From Callorhinchus milii (taxonomy: Eukaryota): a DNA stretch of 64,000 bases. Below are positions 39,298 through 50,457 of this stretch, piece after piece; the first letter of the stretch is position 1, and every line of letters begins with the position of its first letter. Under the pieces are notes generated by a model, which saw nothing but the letters and a program-made list of their open reading frames with translations, was not told the origin of the DNA and did not search any database. The position numbers were made by a program, and so were the translations under genes. Location of the stretch: assembly GCF_018977255.1 (NCBI RefSeq), contig NW_024704742.1, positions 116,686,001 through 116,750,000 on the forward strand, given 5' to 3'.

Positions 39298-40498
39298 CTG
39301 TAGTTTGAGTTCCAGGGCATTTTCTCCTGGCTGTATTACTCCGCACTTGATTAGATCTATTAAGTGTATAATTTTTCTCTGTCTATCGCCATTGTTGTGA
39401 GGTAAACATTCTGAGGCTGGTTTTCTACGACAATTAGAGGCAGTTCTTGCCAGGCTAACATTTGTCTGGCTGCTAGTAAGTTGGTTGTTGTTTATCTGCA
39501 TTGAGCACTGGCTGTTGCTGTTTGCTTGAAACATTCCAATGCATCGGGGAGCACTGCTTGGTTTTGTACTGTTAAACTGGGATGTCTGTTGTTGATACTC
39601 TGATGGTGTGTTTGGTTTGTTACTGTGTACAAGGCCGGGCTTAGGTTGTGACATTTGAGGTCGGGCAATTCGACATACCGGCAATGATGTTTTTAATGGA
39701 ATATTGTTGAATGGTACTGAAAATATTTCAATGGCTTTACTGCTGTTAGCACTGAATTCTTCAGTTCTTGACTGCGCACTTGCATTCGTGGAGTTGGGCT
39801 TGAAATTATCTTTTGTATTTGTACATTGCATGCTTTTCAACAGGACATTCTGTCCAGAGCTACTGCATGATGTTAAATCACTACAATCACTTTGGCTTAT
39901 GCTTGAGGTTTCCATTTGTGCATGAGACAATTGTGAAGCAATCGGTTGTAAAGGAGCACTCTCTTTACCTTTGCCTGAGGCTGACTGAGATGTATTTGTT
40001 GTTTGCATATTGCTCTGGCTATGGGTGCAGTCAAGTATGCAAAATGGAACATTTATTTTATTACTGCATCCAACGGTTCCTTCTCGGGAAGTGACGATTG
40101 TATTGGCAACCGGATTGTCAGTTGTATCTGCTTCTGTCTGGTTCAAACAACGTATTTTTTGTCTGGCTCCTGGTTCCTGATTTGGAGAGGTGATGCATAT
40201 TTCCCCTGATTGTCCACTATCAGGATTGGCAGTTGACGCTTCATTCTGATTTGGATGCTGTATTTTACTTGAATTGGGGTTACCTGTAGTAATGCTCTTA
40301 GTTATGTGAATCAAACTTGCAACTGCTTGGTTTATTGAAGCGTTGTGCTGAGTATTCTGCAGTTTTAAGTTGCATTCTTTCAATTTCCGATCCAGTGCTT
40401 TTTTTTTGTGTAACATACTTAGAAATCTCTTCTGTCTGCAAGCCAGTGTAGTTAATTGCCTCTGTAATATATCCTGTCTGAATGAACCCGGAGTGACC
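39298..40498 (-). CDS. ANKRD31: ANKRD31 large exon, 1201 nt: coiled coil, S/Q-rich linker, start of RAMA-like domain
   Basis: ttttttacag|G GTC... gives VTPGSFRQDILQRQLTTLACRQKRFLS, continuing into the 376-aa ORF and ending HLIDLIKCGVIQPGENALELKLQ|gtagat; phase 2 to 0. Confidence 0.9.
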
Positions 40499-40784
40499 CT
40501 GTAAAAAAATGGTGTAAACCTGATGCTGGTTATTTATTGTGGAGTCCTGTAGCTCAATGGTTAGAGCACTCGCTTTGCAAGTGAGAGACCTGAGTTCAAT
40601 TCAATCTCTTATAATATTAATAATAATAATCCTGACATTTGCTATAGCGCCTTTCATGTCAGAAGGACATCTCAAAGTGCTTCAAGAGATATACTGTAAA
40701 AAAACTCGCATTTATATAGCATCCTTTATGTGGGGTAGCATCTCGAAGAGCTTAACATTGATGGAGCTTGCCGCTGAGTTGAGG

Positions 40785-41345
40785 AGAAAGGAGAGGTGAC
40801 CATAGGCATCGTAAAGATCCTCAGGTATGATTTCAAGATGGACAAAGTGAGGATTGAGGCAGAGTTTTTGGAAAAAGTACGGCCACTGCTAATTAGAATG
40901 GAGGGATATGTAGAGGGCGGATGAGTAGTGGAATGGATTGTAAGCAGGTCAGAAAAGGAGGTATTAGGGCGTGAATCGATTTGTAAGGAAGTGTAAGGAT
41001 CTTAAAGTCGATCTAATCTGCAATAGGGAGCCAGTGGAGCCTGGCAATACTGGGGTGAAGAAATGCTGAGTTTGGTATAGGTGAGAATATGGGCAGCAGA
41101 ATTTTAAATCAGTTGGATTTAATGGGTGGTGAAGCCAAGGAGACCGGCAAGGAGGGAATTTGAAAAATTGCGGTTGGAGGTGACGAATGCATGAATAAGG
41201 ATTTCAGCTGCATTGGGCGTGAAGTATGGTTGGAGGTGGGCGAAGCAACAGAGATGGAGGAAAGCAGTCCTGATTAGGGATTGGATGTGGGGCAGGAAGG
41301 ATAGCTGGGATCGATCTTGATGCCAAGTTTGTGCACAGGTTCAGT
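40785..41345 (-). mobile_element. Diverged L2 LINE 3' fragment
   Basis: The reverse complement matches the other L2 ORF2 C-termini (ctccactggctccctattgcagattagatcgactttaagatcc). Confidence 0.75.
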
Positions 41346-42100
41346 AAAGTTCCATTTGTCTACAAATACCTGTTAATACACTTTACAGTAAATCCTGTGA
41401 ACCGCTTAGGAAAGTTTTGATATAAGGTGCTGTATCAAAGGCAAGGCTTACTTATTCATTTATTTTATTGCTAAATTGACCCCAATACTGCAATAAATTA
41501 TTAATAAAGCAATTCATTCTGAATGTTTATTTCAAATTTTCCTTCTAAGCATTATATAAGAGGAATCCTTTTTTTGTACACGAAAGCCAACACATTGCAA
41601 TTTAACGGTAGTATTGAAGAGTAACAGTAACACCTTATTATAATGTGGCAGACAACCTACAAAATACAGTCACTACACTTTACAGTACATTCTGCGAAGC
41701 AATTTGAGACGTCCCGATGACATATCAAATAGAGATTTTTATTATATTATTATAGTTAGGGCCATAAAATACAAACCAGGGCTACAACAGTGTGTGATCA
41801 CTGAAGCATGCTTCCACTTTCACTGAGCATGCGTACAGAAAGTTATCTGGCTTGCTCCATCAGTGCTTCAGGCCCGCATGCGGGAAGCTAAAGTTCCAAG
41901 TCATTTTGTGTTATTGTGCACTAGATAGTATTTTGAAATGTCGATGGAGCCACTGTGTGCATCTTGGAATTTTTGGGTAAGTACACACGTGTTACAACAA
42001 AGTGAGTTATAACAGGGTTCTGCTGTGTCTGGGATTTTACTCTCTCAGCAATTGTTCACTCTGGTGCATTGCTCTCCGAGGTTCTACCATTGTATCTTAC

Positions 42101-42197
42101 CTGAATCTTTTAACAAGACTTTCCTTTTCAGCTTTGTGCTTGGCAAGCACTTCATTTAATACATGCTGCATTTGTGCCAACTTCAGTTTAACTCCAG
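42101..42197 (-). CDS. ANKRD31: ANKRD31 coding exon, 97 nt, coiled coil
   Basis: tttgaacag|(A)GVKLKLAQMQHVLNEVLAKHKAEKESLVKRF-R|gtaaga; phase 1 to 2. Resembles the conserved VLAKQKAERDDL segment of mammalian ANKRD31 as I recall it. Confidence 0.88.
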
Positions 42198-43537
42198 CTG
42201 TTCAAACAAACAATATGGATTATCAAAACCCTTTCTGATAAAATCTGCAGCACTGTGCATTTTCACTTTACTGACATTTATTATTAACAGATTCCAATTC
42301 CCATGGCACTGTGCTAGGAATGCAAAATTGACTGTAATACTAGCACTTTATTTTATTTGTAATATCAAAATAAAAATTGTGCTGATTTGTGAGTTGTACA
42401 TGGTACAAGACTATAGCAATGATCTTTAAGTCTAATTCTGTGTATATTGCTGCTACATAAGTAACTTGAGGCTATATCATACTTTGCTGTATCTGGTAGT
42501 TGGTGACAAAGAAGAAAATGATACAGTCCACCTAAGATGCAGACCATAACTCAGTCATGACTTCATTTACTTGTATGTTATCATACCAGCTCACTTTGAG
42601 GATATAAACAGCAGCTCCCTAGACTTTTATGATGTTTCATCGTTGCCAGGTCTATTTTATGGCTGGAAAAAAATTATATTTTCTGATTTTTAAGTGCACT
42701 TTCTGTGACAAAAACCATATACAAAGCAAAGTTAACACCGCCCTACAGAACAACTAATTTATAGTGCAGAATATATTTGCACCCCCTCATGCAGAGAAAT
42801 GGCAGCAAGATTAATTGACTTTTGGCCCTTCTGATAAGAGGACATGTGCTACCAATGGCATTTGAGGAATGTCTTTGCCTGCACCAGTAGCAATGCAAAT
42901 AGACAATACACTGTAATTTTTGAGAGTAGTGTGAGTCAGTCAGTTTTGTGCCTTGGCAGTTTTCCCTCACACTTCAATACAAACAGCTCTTTCTCACTCT
43001 CTGGATCACAGAATGTTGTCCCTATCGATGTGCAAACACAGAGGCCATTTCAGTCTACGACTCGCAAAAGGATTCATAATTAATGAGTTGCCATAGCTAA
43101 CCTTCTGGAACTGTTCTGATGCTATTCTCAAGTCTGACTAAGTGCTCCGAGACACTACCCTGCATGAATATAATTGCAAGTTGTTGCTATTGACTTTCAT
43201 GAAGTCAATATTTGATTGGAGTTCTCGAGGGTCAGCTGCGAGATATCTGGGGTTCACTAGTTACTGTAATTTAGAACCTTTCAATCACTTCAGACTAAAG
43301 GAAACCAATCCAACTCTGAAAACACAAGCTAACAAAACAGCCTTTAGTTCCAAAGCCCATTATAATCTGTGTAGAAATACCAGGTTCCATCCCTAGAAAA
43401 ATTAGCAATGCCCTAAATCGTGATGGTGACTGAATTCAAGGGCAGAGAAAACTGACGAGACAGAAATGTTTTAATATTATCAAATGCACACAAGTTCCTG
43501 TAACTACCTGCCCGCCAGTCCCACATTATTTACTGAC

Positions 43538-43634
43538 CAATTGATTCCGTTTCTTTCAGTTCTTTCATTATTCCTTCCTGTTTCTTTTCAACTTCATCCA
43601 GTATTGTCATAATGGACTTGTGTTGCAACAAATA
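43538..43634 (-). CDS. ANKRD31: ANKRD31 coding exon, 97 nt, coiled coil
   Basis: catttcag|YLLQHKSIMTILDEVEKKQEGIMKELKETESI + G|gtcagt; phase 0 to 1. Confidence 0.82.
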
Positions 43635-43744
43635 CTGAAATGACAAAATATGTAATTTATATTTTGCTTTATAGATGACCAACATTCATATTTTCTGATT
43701 TTAAGTGCCCTTTCTGTGACTAAAATGATATACAAAACAAAGTT

Positions 43745-44162
43745 AATAATAATAATAATATTGTTGAGCTGTCTCAAATTGCTTCACAGGACATATTGTA
43801 AAGTGGATTGTCTGTATTTTGGGACGAAACGCAGCAGCCAGTTTGCACAAAGCAATGCCCCTCAAACATCCATGGAGTGAGTGACCAATTTCATTTGGGG
43901 GAATTTGTTGGACAGGCCACTGGGAAAATCTCTTCTCTTTTCCAATAGTGCCATGGGATCTTTAACATCCACCTGAACAGGCAAATGGGACCTCGGTTTA
44001 ATGTCTCATCCGAAGGACGGCACATCGACAATGCAACAACCCCCCAACTACTGCATTGGAATGTCAGCTTCCACGATGTGATTCCATGTGCCGCTGTGGG
44101 GTTTGAACCCACAACCTTCTGACTTAGAGGTGAGAGTACTATCACTGTGTCAAACTGACACA
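43745..44162 (-). mobile_element. Older SINE with a Deu-domain-like core (DeuSINE / SacSINE1-like)
   Basis: Reverse complement: tgtcagtttgacacagtg head, core gtgccgtccttcggatgagacattaaaccgaggtccc...taaagatcccatggcacta, then the same 3' module as the young SINE. The family name comes from my recall of the Deu core. More decayed copies lie near 2335-2735(-), 3620-3930(+), 8510-8830(+), 14667-14960(+), 21500-21888(-), 45705-46010(+), 56825-57225(-). Confidence 0.75.
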
Positions 44163-44203
44163 CAGAAACAGACTGGCTGGTGTTATTAGTCCCTTTCACT
44201 TAC

Positions 44204-44292
44204 GTGATGTGAACTTTCTGAGCCGTTATCATTTTGAAGGGTTGGTGGAGCTTGATCACCTATACAAAAGGCAGAGTTATCCCTCAAAGGTC
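44204..44292 (-). CDS. ANKRD31: ANKRD31 coding exon, 89 nt
   Basis: cattttacag|GA CCT... gives GPLRDNSAFCIGDQAPPTLQNDNGSESSHH|gtaagt; phase 1 to 0 fits the neighbours. Confidence 0.75.
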
Positions 44293-46083
44293 CTGTAAAA
44301 TGCACATTACAAGTCTTTACTGGGATCCTGAAAAGCAGGTTATTTAGAAAGTAAATTTTACAATTATTAATAATATAAGATTCATTTTCTGAATAATCTT
44401 GTGATCTTGTGAAATTCAAATATCAGTGTTTAATTTGTTTTGTTGGCTGAGTGTTAATACATGTCCGTTATCACAGTGATCTCCAAGCTAAACTGCTGAG
44501 AGTTCCGTGCAAATGGAAATTCCTATTCAGTATGGAACAGATCTGTTGTTCAGCTACAACAGATCCATTTGGTGGTGGGTTGGGGGGAGGGGAAATACAG
44601 CAATGCAGGTAACATTTACGATGTGTGACTTCTGAACTTGAGGTGGAGCTGTAGAGTTTATAAAATGAGACAGATTTCATGATGCCTTGGGATGTCCTTC
44701 TGACGTGAAAGATGCTATATAAATGTAATTTGTTGTTATTGATGCTCAGTTCCTGCAGACTCCTGTGTTGTGACCTTTCCCGCCCTTTGTGCCACCCTCG
44801 CCAACCCACCCAATTGCCAGAAGTTGAAAAAAAAGGAAATATCTCAGATAACATTTTGTTTGTTTAGGAATTTGGCCTGACTTGTTAATTTGAATGCTGC
44901 TTTAGTTGAGGCTTTAGTAGATTACATTTTAATGAAAAACTATATTTTCTCCAGTCAATGAATTGATTGCTATACAGGCAAAGATTTAATATAATTACCA
45001 AAAGAGCAGAGAAACATTAGGAGAATTTTATTTTATACAGAGAGTAGAATCTTAATTCTGCTATTCATCTTTTTTAAGCTAATAGTTTGTTATAGACCAG
45101 GCATGTGTTTGTGCAGAATATAAGTATAGATCTGAATGTCTTGTTTCTTGCTGATAATTATTGCTTTGAAGTTAATAAGCGAAACTGTGACAGAACATTG
45201 ATTATAGTACTCAGTCTGTTAGGTGTGGTCAGAGGATTGCATTGATTTATAAAAAAAGTTTGCATTTTATGTAATACATAAGGCTTGAAATTCTATTACA
45301 AAAAGGCATCAACTTTATCAGAATCAGAATTAAGACAATTGAAATGGAGATCAGGAAGCATTTCTTCACATTATCGGTTGTGAAGATGTGGAATATTCGG
45401 CCTCAGAAAGCAGTAGAGGCGGAATCAATTGAGATATTTAAAAAATAGACTTCTCATGTGGTAAAGGTATTAAGGGGCATGGCGAAAGAGTAGCGTATCA
45501 GAATTAAAAGATCTGCAAGATCTAATAAACTGATAGAACAGGCTCAGTGGGTTTGAATGGCCTCCTGCTGTTGCTTTTCCCCTTTCAATGTTCAACAGCC
45601 ATTTGTGGTAAGGCATTCATCATGGGCTCATTCAATCTTTAAAAATTAGTCTGCATATAGAAGACCAGTAGACAGCACTCCACGAATGTGCCTGAGAAAC
45701 AGTTTAACCTCAGTTGGTAGCACTTTCTCTCTTGGGTCCTAAGGTAGTGTATTTAAACTTCACCAGGATTTGAGCCAGATAGATATTCCAGTGGGGTGTG
45801 AAGAAGCATTGCATTGTTAAAGGTGCTATCCTTTGGAAGAGCATTCAATTGAGGTTTTGTTTGGTAGTTCACGTAAGTGTTAAAGATCCCAAGGCACTAT
45901 TCTGAAGAAGAAAGTAGTACTTTTGCTATTATGACCAATATATAACCAAATTCCCAAACAAAAAATATCAATTGGTCTTTCATCTAATTAGTGTCTATTG
46001 GACAATGCTGGCACAGATTCGAGAATCAACTAGATGAGAGAGGGGAAATGAAGGATATGGGAAGAAGATCTAGAGGGACTTAC

Positions 46084-46243
46084 CTTTACCTAGCTGTGAT
46101 TGTTTACACACAGTCGCTTCACTGCTACGGAAGGTTTTGAGTAGTGCTCTGATCTGATGATTTTCCGCTTCATCAAAAGCAGTCAGTCCATCGCTTTTTT
46201 TCTGGTTGGGATTAGCTCCATGCTCTAGCAAGAGTTTCACAGC
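46084..46243 (-). CDS. ANKRD31: ANKRD31 coding exon, end of ankyrin cluster 2
   Basis: ctttag|AVKLLLEHGANPNQKKSDGLTAFDEAENHQIRALLKTFRSSEATVCKQSQLGK-G|gtaagt. An alternative in-frame donor lies 6 nt upstream (exon end 46090). Confidence 0.88.
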
Positions 46244-46549
46244 CTAAAGAAAGATCAGCAGAGTTTTGCAGCTAACGTGGGGTCATTTTGCCACAGTGTA
46301 AAATGTTGGAAATGGTGTTGTGAGTAAAAAATTTCATGCAAATTTATGTAGCTAGATTCCATCTGCTGGCACCAGAACATTATGGTCCTGCACCTCTCTT
46401 TTGCTCTGGGCAGCTGTCAGTTCACCATTCCTGTATGGTGTAATGTTACGCCCTATGCGACAGCCGATTTCTGCAGCCTTTACTGGTGGTGTGCAGAGGA
46501 CAAATAAGAGTATTGGCCTGTACGGCTCACCAACTGTAGTACAATACAA

Positions 46550-48215
46550 AAACAATACAAAATTACATTTTATAGCTCCTTTCACATTGGTAAGACGTCA
46601 CAAGACAGTCAGGAATTTGGACCCAAGCTGGGGTTCAGGATCAGGGATTGGTAAGACGTCACAACACAGTCAGGAATTTGGACCCAAGCTGGGGGTCAGG
46701 ATCAGGGAGGGTGGCTGAAGGCACAGTCGAAGAGGAGGGTTTTGAGACGTGCCTTGAAGGAGGCAAGGGAGGAAGCGACGTGAAAAGAATGTAGGATGGA
46801 GTTGCAAATGGTGGGGGCAGAAAGGCTGAAGGCCCGATCGGCCTTGGTGGGGTAGGTCGGGCGAGGGACGAGGAGCAGGCCACAGCCTGCTGAGTGGAGG
46901 GAGTGGACAAGTTGATATGGCGTCAGCAGGTCACAGAGGTAGGAAGGAGGAAGGCCGTGGAGGGCCTTGAAGGCGAGGATGAAGATTTTGAACTCTATCC
47001 GCTGGGGGATGGGGAGCAAGTGGACCTGGGCGAGGATGGGGGTGATGGGGTCATGGAGCCTGGTGCGGGAGATAACACAAGCTGCAAACTTCTGGATGAT
47101 CTACAGCTTGTGGAGGGAAGAATTGGGAAGACCAACAAGCAGGGAGTTGGCATAGTCAAGCCTAGATGTGATGAAAGAGTGTATGTGGGTTTCGATGGCC
47201 TGAGGGGTGAGGCAGTGGTGGAGCCAGGCGATGTTGTGGAGGTAAGGGGAAAGGCAGAGTGGGTCATGGCTCGGATGTGGGGGAGAATGTACAGTTGAGC
47301 GTCAAACAAGATGCCAAGGTTCCGGACTGGCTCGGTGAGGTGGAGTGTGCAACCGTGGATGGTGATGCTGTCAGTGTCTGAGGGGTGGAGGCGCTGACGG
47401 GAGCCAATCAGAAAAGCCTCAGTTTTGTTGACGTTCAACTGTAGAACGTTAGCTCTCATCCAGGACTTGATGTCTGACAGATATTCTATCAGGACAGTAG
47501 TGGTCCTGGAGTCGAGGGTGGGGGCAGAGAGATACAGTTGGGTGTCATCTGCACACATAAGGAAGTTGATCCCAAGACTGCCGATGATGTCACCAAGAGA
47601 GAGCATATAGATATTGAAAACAAGGGGACAACAGAGCCTGAGGAATGCCGCACAAGATTGTGTGGGGACTAGAAGAGAAGCTGTTTGTGGATATGAAGTG
47701 GAGACGGTGTGAGAGGTAGGATCTGAACCATTCAAGGACAGAACCATTAAGGTTGAGGTGGGAGGAGAGGCGGTGGAGGAGGATAGAGTGGTTTACAGTA
47801 TCAAAGGCAGCAAAGAGGTTGAGGAAAATGAGGAGGCTGAGGTCTCAGATGAACAAATGTCATTTGTTACTTTGACCAAAGCTGTTTTAAGGATAAGAGT
47901 GCTGACGGCTGTTTTTAAAGGGGGTGGGAATGATGCCAGTGGACAGGGAGAGGTTTATGATGTCTGTGACTAGGGGAGCAAGAAGGTTGAGCTGGGAGGT
48001 AAGAAGGGTAGGGATGGGGGTCAGGTGGTCAGTTTCATGTGGGTTATAATGTTGGTGAGAGAGCAAGGAGATACAGGTTCAAGGGGGTGGAGGGAGGGAT
48101 GGGTAGGGGTCGGAGTGTGAGGGGGAGATGGGGAGGGAGTATTAGCTGGAAGGGCAGAGGTGGCTGAAAGGATCCCTTCAATGTTGGTTTTGAGGAAGTC
48201 CAGCATCTCCTCGCA
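46550..48215 (-). mobile_element. L2 LINE RT-to-3'-end remnant
   Basis: [34 protein letters not shown]; tail near 46550. Confidence 0.9.
46587..46708. repeat. 61-bp tandem duplication in an L2 3' UTR
   Basis: ttggtaagacgtcacaa...ggatcaggga occurs twice with two substitutions. Confidence 0.92.
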
Positions 48216-48289
48216 GTGGGCTGTGGATAAATGATAGTTTTCTTTTGTAAATTATGACTGGTGTGCATTCTCTAGTGTTTACCTTCCTT

Positions 48290-48542
48290 GAGGTGGAGGA
48301 GGTAACCAGTCTCCTTGGAGCTGAACGGGCGCCAAGGTAACATGTTTGACAATGGAATTTCAGAATCGAGCCAACCCTCTATGGCGGTCTCAGTAGTCCA
48401 GTCCTCAGCCTGGTTAACCCTTGAAGACAGAGCCCTAATGGGTAGGGTAGTCCTAGTTGGTCAAGCAGCACGAAAGCTTGCTGGACAGTGCGCGTACAAC
48501 GGCAAACCTATGTGGTTTTAGCTGGTTAGACTCCAGTAGGAA
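48290..48542. repeat. Unclassified interspersed repeat; second copy inverted at about 30-1045
   Basis: Colinear homology to the reverse complement of 978-1045, 585-658 and 30-160. Confidence 0.75.
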
Positions 48543-49429
48543 TTAGGTAAGCAGGATGCGTGCACTCAGGGAGAGAGTGCGCATTTCATTCTAATAAACA
48601 CCTCAGACATTTCCATGTGTAGGTGGGATGCATGGAACTGGCAGTTTGCTTTGGATACTCTTAAGCATGGTGATGGGTTTCTGCATGTGTTAGGCATCTG
48701 GCTGACCAAACCAAAAGTGTACATTCTCTATTTAATGTAGTAAATGCATTTACTGCATTATTTATTAGTTTTAGACACTGAGGTCTATAATGTAAATTCT
48801 ATGCACCATGTGAAAACCATTTCTAAACGCATGTACAAAGAGGAAATGATGGAGTCCTGAATTATAAAAACAATTATGTAATAAAAAAGCATTGAATAGG
48901 AACCATTGTTAATTTATTTACAAAATTAATAAATCCCTTTCATCGATTGTCAATTACATCATTAAGAGTACCTGGAATTCCCACCTGATGCATACATTTA
49001 TATTCTGTTTACACATGAAAGATAATTTAACTCCTTTAGAATGCATTAGAGCATCTGGAAAATTTGATTTATATGCCAGTGATGGTTACTTTCTGCTGTT
49101 ATCGTAAAGCGAAAGCAGTTTCTCCTAGTGTCCTGACCAACCATACACCAGATTGGACATTCACTTCAAGGCTTCTTTGTGGCATATTACTGGGCCTAAG
49201 TTGGCTGCCACGTTCGCCTATAATATATCCAGTATCTACAGCTTTCAGTTAAAATCCTGGGAAATCCTTTGAGAAGTCCTGTCAACATGAAAGGCCCAAT
49301 ATCAAATGCAAGGATTATTATTACTCATGAACCAAATCTGCATCCATGTGTATCGGGGTCTGTTTGGCTCAAGTCCATAGTCATATATTTGTGAAAAGCG
49401 GCAGTCAAAGTTAAATAAAGATACAGTAC

Positions 49430-49572
49430 CTCATAATGGGAACTTCTCACAGCATCATGCAATGGTGATACACCATCCATTCCTATACTGTTGACATCAG
49501 CACCTGCTTTTAGTAATTCTTGTATGCCTTCAATAAAGCCTCTGTCACAAGCTTCGTGAAGGGCTGTCCAGC
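49430..49572 (-). CDS. ANKRD31: ANKRD31 coding exon, 143 nt, ankyrin
   Basis: (G)WTALHEACDRGFIEGIQELLKAGADVNSIGMDGVSPLHDAVRSSHYE|gtactg; phase 1 to 0. Confidence 0.92.
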
Positions 49573-50109
49573 CTTAGGCAAAATCACAAAGCATGATCTT
49601 ACAGATGAAACGCTGCTCATGTTAACGTTAGTCGTTTACATTCTTATGCTTTGACTTTCTCTTTCTGCCACTAACAATCGTTGGCTGTTGCACCCAATAA
49701 GAAGGTACACGATTGAACAGAGAAGTAAAACCTTATGGTGTCTTCCTTCTACACAGAAAATGATCACAACCTAGCTATAAAATAAGTGTAATGTAAAAGA
49801 AAATATTATGTTTGCTTCCACATTAAACAGCATGCTCTGAGCACATGTAGCCACAACATTTGGATTTATTTGTTGATTACAAAATTTATACCTATTGAAG
49901 CGAATATCTCTATATAATGTTTAGCAAGTGCATTTGTGATGCAAGACAGAAATGATACTCAAATGTAATTAGCAATCCCTAACCTGTTCCTATATTTAAG
50001 CTGCACGACGGACACCAATATCTGAGTAAAAGTTTCCTTTCGAATACTACGTAGAATAGCCGCACCACGTAGCAAAGTTAAAGTCAGATTACATTTGAAA
50101 GCCACACAC

Positions 50110-50289
50110 CTGCGTAATCTTTCATGTTTACTTCAATTCCAGCTGCTATTAGAGATCTTACTAAAAGCAAGTCCCTTTTCATCACAGCAAGATGTAAACG
50201 ACTCTGTCCTTTGCCATCTTTCTTGTTTATAGAACGTATTGTGGAAATATCAACAGAGGAGGTAGTCTTCTTACAGGAAGTTAAAGAGC
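50110..50289 (-). CDS. ANKRD31: ANKRD31 coding exon, 180 nt, ankyrin cluster 2 repeat 1
   Basis: GSLTSCKK...INKKDGKGQSRLHLAVMKRDLLLVRSLIAAGIEVNMKDYA-G|gtgtgt; phase 1 to 1. Confidence 0.9.
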
Positions 50290-50457
50290 CTATTTATGTC
50301 CAAAAAGAAAATGTAAAGCTTACTTATAATTTTGACATTTAGTCTGTGTGCTAAAAATAAATAATGGGAAAATTAGGAGAAAGAATCCTTAGGAATGTCT
50401 GTATTTTTTTACCCCATTGCACAAAACAATACAAGTTGTATAATCTTTAGTAAATAC

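Noticed and set aside
44293..44327. Upstream acceptor (ttttcag at 44328) for the 89-nt exon
   Set aside because: After a phase-1 donor it gives an immediate stop (GA TCC CAG TAA); the 44292 acceptor keeps the frame.
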